From the NCBI GenBank assembly GCA_965207225.1, contig CBDBLV010000004.1, forward strand, positions 544,001 through 608,000: a stretch of DNA of 64,000 bases. The letters are read 5' to 3'. Shown one piece after another: positions 1-9,184 of the stretch. The notes below the pieces were generated by a model. The model made no database searches and was not told where the DNA came from. It saw only the letters and a list, made by a program, of their open reading frames with translations. Numbering within the stretch: the first letter of the stretch is position 1; each line of letters opens with the position of its first letter. The stretch comes from Dehalococcoidia bacterium. Lineage in GTDB: Bacteria > Chloroflexota > Dehalococcoidia > Plut-88900. A program made the position numbers and the translations under genes.

Positions 1-2
1 CC

Positions 3-1043
3 TTATAGCGGCAACGACACTGCTTTCCGAAGCTGCGCGCTCCGGGTCACCGCCTCGGTGAATTCCATGTACTTTACTCCGTCCTGAAACGAAGTCAGTT
101 TTATCTGCTCCTCACCCCTGATTGCCCCGATGAACTCTTCTTCCACCCTCCAACCCCCTCTCTTTTCAGGTGCAATCTCTATCTCCTCCAGACCCAAGTC
201 CCCCTTCTGACCCCCCATCAGCTTCTGCCCCGACTCGCCAATGAACAGGCTCCCATCCGTACCGTTTATCCAGATCCCCGACTCTTGCCCCATCCCGATA
301 ACCGTGCTTATCCTAATCCTGGCCTGCGCCCCGATTGCCATACGGCAGAGCACATCAATGTGGTCCGGCACGTCTGTATGAACAAGATTCCCATCGTCGT
401 CCCTGCGAATGGGCACGTTAACCGAAGTCATAGCCATCACCTCGGAAGCCGGGCCCACCCACCGCATTAAAGCCTCATACCAGATCCCCATGTGCATAAT
501 GTTCAGTCCACTCAGCGCCCTGTCCTGCCGCCACGACATAGGCGCTTCCCGCTCCAGGAACTGGTCGCCGTTCACGTTCACGTCGATTGCAAGAACATCC
601 CCAAGATAACCGTCAAGGACCATCGACCGCACGGCCTCGTCTACTGCGAATGTAAAGGGAGACGGGACTATCTGGGTGACCAGGCCTGGGTGCTCCCTGG
701 ATGCATCGAGCATGATGTGGGCCTCGTCGGCGTTCATAGCCATCCGGGCCTCAGTCATCACGTGTTTCTCGTTTTCCAGCGCCGCCAGCGTCATGGTGCA
801 GTGCAGGTACGGCCAGGTCCCGATGCACACTGCATCAATTTCATCGTCCTCCACCACGTCCCACCAGTCTTCAAATACCTTCGGGATACCGAACTGGTCG
901 GCCACCCTCTGGCTAGACTCCCGGGACCTGTTACACACGCTTACCACCTCTACACCCTCGATGGCCTGAAATCCCGGAATATGCCGGTCCCGAGTGTTTT
1001 TGCCCGCTCCGATCAAGCCGATTCTGACTGATTCTGCTCCCAT
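3..1043 (-). CDS. Gfo/Idh/MocA family oxidoreductase
   Basis: Rossmann start RIGLIGAG, DAVCIGTWPYLH, KHVMTEARMA (EKP-like motif). Confidence 0.9.
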   Translation of the reverse strand: MGAESVRIGLIGAGKNTRDRHIPGFQAIEGVEVVSVCNRSRESSQRVADQFGIPKVFEDWWDVVEDDEIDAVCIGTWPYLHCTMTLAALENEKHVMTEARMAMNADEAHIMLDASREHPGLVTQIVPSPFTFAVDEAVRSMVLDGYLGDVLAIDVNVNGDQFLEREAPMSWRQDRALSGLNIMHMGIWYEALMRWVGPASEVMAMTSVNVPIRRDDDGNLVHTDVPDHIDVLCRMAIGAQARIRISTVIGMGQESGIWINGTDGSLFIGESGQKLMGGQKGDLGLEEIEIAPEKRGGWRVEEEFIGAIRGEEQIKLTSFQDGVKYMEFTEAVTRSAQLRKAVSLPL

Positions 1044-1235
1044 ATCAACTTCCTCCAGGGGTCTTTTCTAAGGGGTTTGCCCGCTTACACGAGCCTGGCG
1101 ATTATAGCACGCACCCCTCCCCACCCCGACCCTTTTCCAGTGCCCCTTGAGATGATTCATCACTTCCCGCTTGTTAGACTATGTTGCTTCCCAGCCAACG
1201 GTTAGGACAACTAGAAGAAGGAGCAGATCCCAAAA

Positions 1236-1697
1236 ATGGACATTGAATTCTCGACCACTCAGGTGGAATCCCAGCCCGTCCTGGGCATAAGGACCCAGGC
1301 AAAGATGCAAGACTTGCCAAAAATAATGGGCGACCTCTTTGGAGAAGTCTTCGGATACGTCAGTCAGGGCGGACAACAGCCCGCCGGAATGCCTTTCTCC
1401 CGATACCACTCCATGGACGACGAATCCGTGGATATGGAGTGCGGGTTGCCCGTAACCTCCCCCAGAGACGGCACCGCCCGCATCAAGGCGGGCGAGCTTC
1501 CCGGTGGAACGGTCGCCACGGTCATCCACGAGGGCCCCTACGAAGGTCTTCCCCAAACGTGGGCTGCGCTTTTTGAGTGGATTAATAGACAAGGTCTTGA
1601 GCCAGCAGGCGCTCCGTGGGAGGTCTACCTCACCGACCCCGGCGCGGAACCCGACCAATCAAAATGGCGCACTCAGATCTTCTTCCCCGTCCAATGA
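1236..1697 (+). CDS. GyrI-like small-molecule-binding domain protein
   Basis: ATVIHEGPYEGL and PWEVYLTDP motifs; AAGGAG RBS upstream. Confidence 0.85.
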   Translation: MDIEFSTTQVESQPVLGIRTQAKMQDLPKIMGDLFGEVFGYVSQGGQQPAGMPFSRYHSMDDESVDMECGLPVTSPRDGTARIKAGELPGGTVATVIHEGPYEGLPQTWAALFEWINRQGLEPAGAPWEVYLTDPGAEPDQSKWRTQIFFPVQ

Positions 1698-1738
1698 CTT
1701 GCGTCTGCCCTGGTTAACTGTCCACTAACCCACCCGCC

Positions 1739-1939
1739 ATGTACATCACCCGAGGCGCTATTGCACTCCTGGTCTTTTTCCTGACCTCGATTATCTGTGG
1801 CATCGTAGGGACCATCGGCGTGCTGGTGGTACTCTACGGCGACCTCTGGTGGGGCATAGGCTATCTGGTCGGGACACTCTTGATCGCCGTGGTGGGCTCA
1901 TTCTGGGCCTACAGGATAAACAAGGGTCCCAGCCCCTGA
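1739..1939 (+). CDS. small two-TM membrane protein, hypothetical
   Basis: 66 aa with two hydrophobic stretches; fills the intergenic gap. Confidence 0.55.
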   Translation: MYITRGAIALLVFFLTSIICGIVGTIGVLVVLYGDLWWGIGYLVGTLLIAVVGSFWAYRINKGPSP

Positions 1940-2040
1940 TTTCATTCAGGCCGCTAGGAAGACGTGCAATGGCCTTGCTACGTACGCCTATTGCGTTAAC
2001 ATTTAGGTAGAGGCCCCGGCCAACAGGAAGGAGCGAACCC

Positions 2041-2163
2041 ATGGCAAACATCGAATGCGCAGCCTGCAAACGGAAATTCGAGACCCAGCTTCTCCAGCTC
2101 AACAACAAGCTCTACTGCGTAGACTGTTTCAACGTCGTGAAGGCCAAGGAGCAGTCCCAATAG
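2041..2163 (+). CDS. 40-aa CxxC...CxxC zinc-finger microprotein (not in ORF track)
   Basis: MANIECAACKRKFETQLLQLNNKLYCVDCFNVVKAKEQSQ; AAGGAG RBS upstream; hairpin downstream. Confidence 0.65.
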   Translation: MANIECAACKRKFETQLLQLNNKLYCVDCFNVVKAKEQSQ

Positions 2164-2210
2164 CGCTCACATAACAGACTTCTGCTTTTCTGTAGGAGCA
2201 GGCTCTCCAT

Positions 2211-2250
2211 AGGCCGCCCGGGCTAAGGGCCGCGGGCGGCCTTCTCTTCT
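2211..2250 (+). terminator. probable intrinsic terminator
   Basis: AGGCCGCCCG...CGGGCGGCCT inverted repeat followed by a pyrimidine tract. Confidence 0.5.
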
Positions 2251-2289
2251 CCACGACTTCCTCCATTTCTGCCGCTCTCCGGCCACTTA

Positions 2290-2317
2290 TTGACAAATTT
2301 TGAACAAATCCTAAAAT
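2290..2317 (+). promoter_or_regulatory. sigma70-type promoter
   Basis: TTGACA-16 nt-TAAAAT upstream of the GHKL gene. Confidence 0.55.
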
Positions 2318-2363
2318 TGTCATAAGGTTTCGTATAGCTACCCGTTCCGAAAGGGGGTTTACA

Positions 2364-3848
2364 TTGGAAAAGATAGTAGATGTCGAACTCAACAAGGCCA
2401 ATGCCCTCATCACCCTCGGCTCCATGTACCGAAGTGCCGCCGACGCCATCAAGGAGTACGTCAGCAACGCCCTTGACGAATGGGCCATGGCCCGCTCCCG
2501 AGGCGCCGCCATCCAGCAGTGCCAGGTCACCTTCACCCTCGAAAAGAAGGCTATTACCATCGGCTACAATGCTCCAGGCATGGATGCCGACTCCTTCGAA
2601 ACTGCTCTGCGTCACGTCGTTGACTCCGCTAAGCGGGACTCCGCCGTACCCCAGATTGGACGTCTTGGAATCGGGCTCTGGGCTTTCAACCAGGTCGGTA
2701 CCCAAGCGACATTCCTCAGCAAACGCTCCCCAGACTCCCCCACCCTCAAGGTCATCCTCTCTCGGGAATCCGCAGAGGCCCGCTTCTTCACCCCCAACCC
2801 CTCCGAGGAGCGCTCTACGCCCGGCATGACCATCAAGATCACCGGTCTATTCCAGGACCCCACCCGACGCTATGGCCCTCTTTCCCAGGCCCGGCTCAAA
2901 CACGTCCTCGCTGACAGGTTTGACACGTATCTCAGGACGGACCAGTTGAAGATCAGCATCAAGTCAGGCAGCAGCGAGACCGAGGTCGTTCCCGTCCAAC
3001 TTGACCTCCCGGAGATCGGGGCCCGCTTCCAGAAATCTCACATCCCAAGCGATTCCGCGAAGACCTTCACCACCCGGTTCTGGTTTGATCCTTCCGGGCA
3101 AGGCCGCGTCTCCATGCGACATACGGGCGTCGTAGTAATCGAAGATATTCGCGAACTGTTCGACTTCGAGCTCTCCGGCAGCATCCTCATCAGCGGCCTT
3201 ATCAAGGGCTACGTCGACGCCGACTTCCTTTCCCCCCTCCCCGCCCGGAGCCAGTTTCTCGAAGACGACAACCTCGCCAAGCTCCTGGACGCCCTAAAGA
3301 CCACCGGCGAAGAGCTCGACTCCGAGATTACCGGCTTCCGCGACGAAGCCGAAAACGAGCGACTTCAGGCCCTCTTCCGCCGCGCAACCAAAGTCGCCCG
3401 GGAGATTTTGAGCCAGGATGAGTTCATGGACCTGGAGCTTATCGACGGATTGCGCCGAGTCAGCAGGGCCAACGGCGACGCCCAGGTCGCCAACGGCGCC
3501 AAGACCAACGGACATGAAGTCAACGGACACGAGACCAACGGACACCGACGGATTGGAGGGAACGGACACCACACCCGCCCCACCCGACGCCCCGTCATCC
3601 GCCGTTCAGACTTCGGAGGCGACGTTCGACACCGCAGCCGCCTCAACGACGGCGCCATCGAAATCAACATCAACAGCCCCGACTTCCTCGCCCTCTCCCG
3701 TGTCCCCCGCTCCCACCAGGTCGCCTACGTCGCCATGCTCCTCGGCAAGGAGATAATCGCCTACAACGACTCCAGCCGCGCCAGCGATGAGGCACTCGAA
3801 AAGATGGCCGCCTACGGCACCAGGGTCCTTTCCAACGTCCTGCGCTAG
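2364..3848 (+). CDS. GHKL (HSP90/MORC-like) ATPase domain protein
   Basis: N-box AIKEYVSNALD, G2 box IGRLGIG, PGMTIKI motif; TTG start; low-complexity NGH repeats. Confidence 0.75.
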   Translation: MEKIVDVELNKANALITLGSMYRSAADAIKEYVSNALDEWAMARSRGAAIQQCQVTFTLEKKAITIGYNAPGMDADSFETALRHVVDSAKRDSAVPQIGRLGIGLWAFNQVGTQATFLSKRSPDSPTLKVILSRESAEARFFTPNPSEERSTPGMTIKITGLFQDPTRRYGPLSQARLKHVLADRFDTYLRTDQLKISIKSGSSETEVVPVQLDLPEIGARFQKSHIPSDSAKTFTTRFWFDPSGQGRVSMRHTGVVVIEDIRELFDFELSGSILISGLIKGYVDADFLSPLPARSQFLEDDNLAKLLDALKTTGEELDSEITGFRDEAENERLQALFRRATKVAREILSQDEFMDLELIDGLRRVSRANGDAQVANGAKTNGHEVNGHETNGHRRIGGNGHHTRPTRRPVIRRSDFGGDVRHRSRLNDGAIEININSPDFLALSRVPRSHQVAYVAMLLGKEIIAYNDSSRASDEALEKMAAYGTRVLSNVLR

Positions 3849-3874
3849 CTGTTTTCTAGCGCTTTAAGACAATC

Positions 3875-3907
3875 AACAGGCCGGTCGGCAAGACCGACCG
3901 GCCTGTT
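3875..3907. terminator. hairpin/bidirectional terminator between convergent genes
   Basis: AACAGGCCGGTCGG-CAAGA-CCGACCGGCCTGTT, perfect 14-bp stem. Confidence 0.7.
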
Positions 3908-3936
3908 CCATTCGGGGTGCGGGAATCCGACCCTAG

Positions 3937-4365
3937 CTACTTCCCCTTAGTCTGCGAAAGGCTTGAGGCCCAGGACTCCACCTGTTCGAGCCGCGCCTGC
4001 ACCAGGTCATGGTCCAGCCCTCTGGCCACGTCCGCGTGTCCTGCCCTTACCAGCATCGGCACTATCCGGCGCCGCAGCTTGTCCAGGGCCCATGGTATCG
4101 GCGCCCCGTTGGTTGTGCAGTCCAGGAATAGTCGTTCGTCTTTGCCGTCTGGGCCGTAATGATAGTGTGGGGCGTCATCAAAGCAGTCGAACCTCAGTAG
4201 CTCCGTTTCTTTCCCCTCCAGGTCCGCATAGACATGAATAGCCACACCTTGGTCCCCACCGAAGTGCCGGTAGTCCAGCCCAAAGTTGATGTTCCCGGCG
4301 TCTATCTTCTCCATCTCTCCCACAACTATCTCGTGGTTCATGTGGTCGTGAGCTTCTTCTGCCAT
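3937..4365 (-). CDS. hypothetical protein
   Basis: 142-aa ORF with GGAGAAGG RBS and protein-like composition (LLRFDCF, PHYHY). Confidence 0.7.
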   Translation of the reverse strand: MAEEAHDHMNHEIVVGEMEKIDAGNINFGLDYRHFGGDQGVAIHVYADLEGKETELLRFDCFDDAPHYHYGPDGKDERLFLDCTTNGAPIPWALDKLRRRIVPMLVRAGHADVARGLDHDLVQARLEQVESWASSLSQTKGK

Positions 4366-4452
4366 TTGTCCTTCCTCCCAAGTCTTGTTACTGCCCGATA
4401 TCTGTAACCCGAATAATCCACAAACCCCTTTTCCCAGTCAAGCACCCGACCC

Positions 4453-5427
4453 CTAGTACCCCTTCCGCTTGTCGATCACCCCCGTCAACTGTCTCCCGTC
4501 CAGGTACCGCCTGAGATTGTCGCAAAACACGTCCACTATCCGAGCCACCCTAACCGGAGACCCGCCAGCCGTGTGCGGTGTCACCACCACGTTCTCCATA
4601 TTCCACAGTGGATGGTCATCCTCCAGAGGCTCTCCCGGCGATGTATCCAGCCCCGCCCCACCGATCTCCCCAGATTTCAACGCCTCCAAAAGCGCCGGCC
4701 CGTCGACAATATCCCCACGGGTCACGTTTATCAGCAGCGCATGCTCCCGCATGTGCCTGAAAGCCTTCGCATCGAAAATACCCCTCGTGTCATCCGTAAG
4801 CGGCAGGCAGATCACCACTACGTCCGACTCCTCCAGCAAGTCGTAGAATCTATCGGGCGCCCACACCTCCTCCACGAAGGGCGGTTTTTTCACGTCCTCG
4901 GTGTCCAGCGCCAGCGTCCGCATCCCGAACCCTTGCGCCCGACGCGCCACCTCCACCCCCGTCCCCCCCAGCCCAAACACCCCCAATGTCATCCCCGCTA
5001 ATTCCCACGACCTCGCCCTTATCGGCATCCGCACCCGCCAGTTCTTCTCTCTTAAGGCCGTGTGAATCCCCCGGGTCAAGGCCAGAAGCAGTGCCCACGC
5101 GTGGTCGGCTAAATGAGTTCCGACCGTTCCTTTCGCACTTGTCAGTATCACGTCACTCTCCACGAATTCATCGAACAGCACCCCGTCAATCCCCGACCCT
5201 ATCGACTGCACCCACTTCAACTTCCCAGCCGCGTCAAACATCTCCCGGGAGAAGTCCCCGAATACCACTTCCGTGTCCCTCATCGCAGCCTGGGTCTCCT
5301 CCACCGACTGTGGCACCACAATGTCCACTTCCTCCGAAATCGCCTGGATCTTGTTGAGGTATTCCTGCGTGAATCCTTCCGTGACGACAACATTCTCCTC
5401 TAGACGCACATTGATCATTAGCTTCAT
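4453..5427 (-). CDS. D-2-hydroxyacid dehydrogenase
   Basis: GLGGTG, LINVTRG, LDTSPGEPL, VTPHTAG motifs. Confidence 0.9.
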   Translation of the reverse strand: MKLMINVRLEENVVVTEGFTQEYLNKIQAISEEVDIVVPQSVEETQAAMRDTEVVFGDFSREMFDAAGKLKWVQSIGSGIDGVLFDEFVESDVILTSAKGTVGTHLADHAWALLLALTRGIHTALREKNWRVRMPIRARSWELAGMTLGVFGLGGTGVEVARRAQGFGMRTLALDTEDVKKPPFVEEVWAPDRFYDLLEESDVVVICLPLTDDTRGIFDAKAFRHMREHALLINVTRGDIVDGPALLEALKSGEIGGAGLDTSPGEPLEDDHPLWNMENVVVTPHTAGGSPVRVARIVDVFCDNLRRYLDGRQLTGVIDKRKGY

Positions 5428-5466
5428 AGTCGTTCCTCAGTCAAGAGCTACCGACCGCCCGACACC

Positions 5467-6648
5467 CTAGAAGAGCGCTGCCAGTTTGGATATCCCCTCC
5501 CGTATCGTCTCCTCGTCTTGGTGGGCAAAAGCCAGCCTCAAGTAATTATTCCCTTTTCCTGACGGCGAGAAAATCGGCCCCGCCCCGAACCGAATCCCCT
5601 GCTCCTTCGCCTTTTCCAGCACGGGCATCACGTCGGTCCCTTTCGGGAACCGCAGCCACAGGAACATCCCACCTGGGGGATTGGAGCACTCCACCCCTGG
5701 CCCGAAACTTTCTCTTATCGCCGCCAGCATCACATCCTTTCGGGACTTGTAAAGCTCGATCACTTCAGAAACGTGCTGGTCTCGGTGTTTTTTCAGGTAG
5801 TTGTACGCCGCCAGTATCGAAAACTGGCTCGGCGTTGCTCCCTGCTGCAGCATACCTACCCTCTCAGTAATCTCCGGCGGCGCCACTATCCAACCCAGCC
5901 GCATCCCCGGCCCGATTATCTTCGAAGACGACCCGCAGTACATCACCGAACCCGTATCGTCCATCGAGTGTATTGCCGGCTTCATTTCCCCCTCGAACCT
6001 GAGGTCAGCGTAACAGTCGTCCTCGAATATCGGGGTCCCGTACTTCCTCCCGACCGCAAGTATCGCAGCGCGCCTCTCCGTGCCTACATCCAGCCCGGTC
6101 GGATTCTGGAACGTGGGTACCGTGTAGATGTACTTGACCCGTTCGCCTGCTGCCTTCAGTTCAAGAATCTTCTCTTCCAGTTTGTCCGGGCGCATCGCTT
6201 CGTCGTCGCCCTCCACCTCCACTATGTTTGCCTGGAACCGACGCATCACCCTGATCGTCCCGTTGTATATGAACTCGTCTGTCAGCACCGTGTCCCCGGG
6301 GTCGACGAACAGCTCAGTCAGCAATACCAGGGCCTGCATCGATCCCGCCGTGAGCGTCACGTCGTCTCCCGAGACCCTCATCCCCCTGTTTCGCCCCAAA
6401 TTATCCGCCACTAACTCCCGCATCCCCGGATGTCCCTGTGGGTGTGGGTATACCGCCAGCTTCTCGCCCTCCTCCTCCACCCCCGACTGCAATGCCTCAA
6501 CCAGGTGGTCCCCTGGAAACGTCTCCCCGTCTGCAAACGCTATCGCAAAATCATAAGGAAATTGCTGTGCTAGTGGGTTCACGGCGTCCGGCTTAGGTGG
6601 CGTGGTGGAAGCAAATAAGGCCTCATAATCAAGCTGGGAAGCGGTCAT
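5467..6648 (-). CDS. PLP-dependent aminotransferase class I/II (2-aminoadipate transaminase-like)
   Basis: PTFQNPTG, EDDCY, SSSKIIGPGMRLGW; start moved to ATG 6648 behind AAGGAG. Confidence 0.88.
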   Translation of the reverse strand: MTASQLDYEALFASTTPPKPDAVNPLAQQFPYDFAIAFADGETFPGDHLVEALQSGVEEEGEKLAVYPHPQGHPGMRELVADNLGRNRGMRVSGDDVTLTAGSMQALVLLTELFVDPGDTVLTDEFIYNGTIRVMRRFQANIVEVEGDDEAMRPDKLEEKILELKAAGERVKYIYTVPTFQNPTGLDVGTERRAAILAVGRKYGTPIFEDDCYADLRFEGEMKPAIHSMDDTGSVMYCGSSSKIIGPGMRLGWIVAPPEITERVGMLQQGATPSQFSILAAYNYLKKHRDQHVSEVIELYKSRKDVMLAAIRESFGPGVECSNPPGGMFLWLRFPKGTDVMPVLEKAKEQGIRFGAGPIFSPSGKGNNYLRLAFAHQDEETIREGISKLAALF

Positions 6649-6770
6649 CTGATGCTCCTTACAGAACAGGTGGGACCCGGCACTATAGTACCACCTATTC
6701 CCCTGGTGCTCTTCGCTCGATTGACAACCGATACTGCTAGCCATAGACTTTCTACAAAGAGAAAGCCGAA

Positions 6771-6862
6771 TAAGGGGAGCTTGGCGAGCCAGGCTGAGAG
6801 GGCGGCCCAACCGATGCCGCCGACCCCTAGCACCTGAACTGGGTAATGCCAGCGGAGGGACA
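6771..6862 (+). promoter_or_regulatory. TPP riboswitch aptamer
   Basis: GGGGAGC...GGCTGAGAG...GACCC...ACCTGAACTGGGTAATGCCAGCGGAGGGA fits the THI-box consensus; directly upstream of thiG. Confidence 0.92.
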
Positions 6863-6874
6863 GCGTTCCGAGTT

Positions 6875-6905
6875 GAAGCCGCCTCCGTCAGGCGGTTCTT
6901 TTGTT
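6875..6905 (+). terminator. riboswitch expression-platform terminator
   Basis: GCCGCCT-CCGTC-AGGCGGT hairpin followed by TCTTTTGTT. Confidence 0.7.
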
Positions 6906-6943
6906 ATTGCACCTTGCCTGCTCAAGGATGGGAGGTTTCGGAA

Positions 6944-7723
6944 GTGAAAATGGACGACACCCTGACCATCGGCAACCGGACATTCAAGTCTCGGCTTATC
7001 CTCGGCACCGGAAAATACCGTAGCTACGAGGAGATGAACGCCTCCTTCGAGGCCTCCGGCGCGGAGATGATTACCGTCGCCCTGCGTAGACTCGACCTTG
7101 ATGACCCATCCAAGCGCACTCTCCTCGACTACATCGACTGGAACAAGTACGTCATTCTCCCCAACACCGCCGGCGCCCGGACCGCCGGGGAAGCAATAAG
7201 GACCGCCCGGCTTGCAAGAGCCATGGGCCTTTCCGACCTCGTTAAGCTGGAAGTCATCCCCGACTCAAAATATCTTCTCCCAGACCCCATCGGCACCCTT
7301 GAAGCCGCCCGCACCCTGGTCGATGAGGGGTTTGTTGTCCTGCCCTACATCAACGCCGATCCCGCCCTTGCCATGCGACTTCAGGAAATAGGCACAGCTA
7401 CCGTGATGCCCCTCGCCTCACCCATTGGCTCGGGGCAGGGGATGGTCTCCTTTGAGCAGATCAAGATAATCATCGAACAAGCCACGGTACCCGTAGTAGT
7501 CGACGCCGGAATAGGCGCACCTTCCGATGCCGCCCTCGCCATGGAGATCGGCGCCGACGCCTGCCTCATCAACACCGCCGTCGCCCAGGCCGGCAACCCT
7601 GCCATGATGGCCGATGCCATGGCCCAGGCCGTCAGGGCAGGCCGCAGTGCATTCCTTGCTGGCCGCATCCCCAGGAAGTCCTACGCATCCGCCAGCAGTC
7701 CCCTGGAAGGCGTCGTGCGTTAG
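6944..7723 (+). CDS. thiG: thiazole synthase
   Basis: SRLILGTGKY, LPNTAG, VKLEVI, VMPLASPIGSGQG, VDAGIG; GTG start after GGAGG. Confidence 0.97.
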   Translation: MKMDDTLTIGNRTFKSRLILGTGKYRSYEEMNASFEASGAEMITVALRRLDLDDPSKRTLLDYIDWNKYVILPNTAGARTAGEAIRTARLARAMGLSDLVKLEVIPDSKYLLPDPIGTLEAARTLVDEGFVVLPYINADPALAMRLQEIGTATVMPLASPIGSGQGMVSFEQIKIIIEQATVPVVVDAGIGAPSDAALAMEIGADACLINTAVAQAGNPAMMADAMAQAVRAGRSAFLAGRIPRKSYASASSPLEGVVR

Positions 7724-7802
7724 CGCTTCACCTAAAGTGCTATCATAGCCCGGCATACCACCACCAGGCCCCGTGCCCCGACGTTTCCCCAGGGAGGTTC
7801 CC

Positions 7803-8954
7803 GTGCCCAATTCATCCGACGTTCTCATAGCCGGCGGCGGCATTATCGGCTGCTCCATCGCCTATCACCTTGCACAGCTTGGCATCAAGAGCACCATCAT
7901 CGAACGGGAGTCCGTGGGAAGCCAGGCATCGGGGGCTGCGACAGGCCTCCTGGTCGCGCTGAAAGAGAGCGGGGCCCCCGAGTACTTCACCCAACTTGTT
8001 GAGGAGAGTTGCAAGCGCCACAAAGAGATAGTCCCGGCGGTTGAAGAGCTATCAAAGATAGACGCTCGATACGGCGAATTCGCATGGACGGAACTTGCCT
8101 GCTCTGATGAGGAAGATTCCGGGCTGAAAGAGGCTTTCGCCGAGGTTCTGGCCTCACCTACTGCCCATTGGCTCTCGGAACCCGACCTCCGGGAGATGGA
8201 GCCCCGAGTTACCCAGGAAGCAATTGGCGGGGCCTACATCGGCGGGCAGGCTCAGGTAGACGCTTACCGCTTAACCTTGGCCTTCGCCCAGGCCGCCGAG
8301 GCTCTCGGCTGCACAATCCGTTACGCCGAGGTCACGGGTCTTCGAACCGAAGCAGGCCGCGTTACTGGCCTCAACACATCCCTCGGCCCCATGGATTCCG
8401 ACACAGTGGTTCTGTCCATCGGATCCTGGAGCAAGCGTATAGAGGAATGGATAGGCATGGACGTACCGGTTGAGCCCCTCAAGGGCCAGACCATCCACGT
8501 CGAGATCCCGGGCCCCGACCTACCCTGTATGATCCACCACGTCGATAGGTACGTTGCCCCTAAGATCGGCGGCACGGTCATAACCGGCACCTACGACGGA
8601 TTCATGGGATTTGACACCTCTATTCACGACCAGGGTGTTGCCAAGATATCCGAAGGCGTCCAAAGCCTCTGCCCCGGTATTCTCGAAAGTAAGGTCGTCA
8701 GCCATGTCACCGGCCTCCGGCCCGCTTCCGCCGATTGGCTCCCGATACTGGGCGCCGTGCCCTCGATTCAGGGCGCATACGTCGCCACGGGCCACCAGCG
8801 CTTGGGCATTACCCTCAGCGCCATCACCGGAGAACTCATGTCCCAGCTGATCAGTGGCGCAACCCCGAGGTTGGACCTCCACCCCTTCCGCCTGGACCGC
8901 TTCGAAGGAGCCACCGTGCAAATGGTGAGAGACCGCTTCGGCGCCGTCCACTGA
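7803..8954 (+). CDS. thiO: glycine oxidase ThiO-like FAD oxidoreductase (copy 1)
   Basis: GGGIIG FAD motif, PLKGQ, GLRP, GHQRLGI; thi cluster context. Confidence 0.75.
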   Translation: MPNSSDVLIAGGGIIGCSIAYHLAQLGIKSTIIERESVGSQASGAATGLLVALKESGAPEYFTQLVEESCKRHKEIVPAVEELSKIDARYGEFAWTELACSDEEDSGLKEAFAEVLASPTAHWLSEPDLREMEPRVTQEAIGGAYIGGQAQVDAYRLTLAFAQAAEALGCTIRYAEVTGLRTEAGRVTGLNTSLGPMDSDTVVLSIGSWSKRIEEWIGMDVPVEPLKGQTIHVEIPGPDLPCMIHHVDRYVAPKIGGTVITGTYDGFMGFDTSIHDQGVAKISEGVQSLCPGILESKVVSHVTGLRPASADWLPILGAVPSIQGAYVATGHQRLGITLSAITGELMSQLISGATPRLDLHPFRLDRFEGATVQMVRDRFGAVH

Positions 8955-8965
8955 GAATCCATCCC

Positions 8966-9184
8966 ATGGCCACCCTCCTCGTAAACGGTAAACGCCGCGA
9001 AGTCGAGACCCCCGTTGCCCTACTCGGCTATCTTGCGTCCCACAAGATTGAGCCACGCCTCATCGCCATTGAATACAACGGCGAAATAGTGAAGCGGGAC
9101 CGGTGGGAAGGCATCACCCTCCAGGACGGCGACAAGCTCGAAATAGTCCACATGGTCTCCGGCGGAGCCCCGATACCCCAATGA
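8966..9184 (+). CDS. thiS: sulfur carrier protein ThiS with 5-aa extension after GG
   Basis: MATLLVNG...IAIEYNGEIV...GDKLEIVHMVSGG-APIPQ. Confidence 0.88.
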   Translation: MATLLVNGKRREVETPVALLGYLASHKIEPRLIAIEYNGEIVKRDRWEGITLQDGDKLEIVHMVSGGAPIPQ

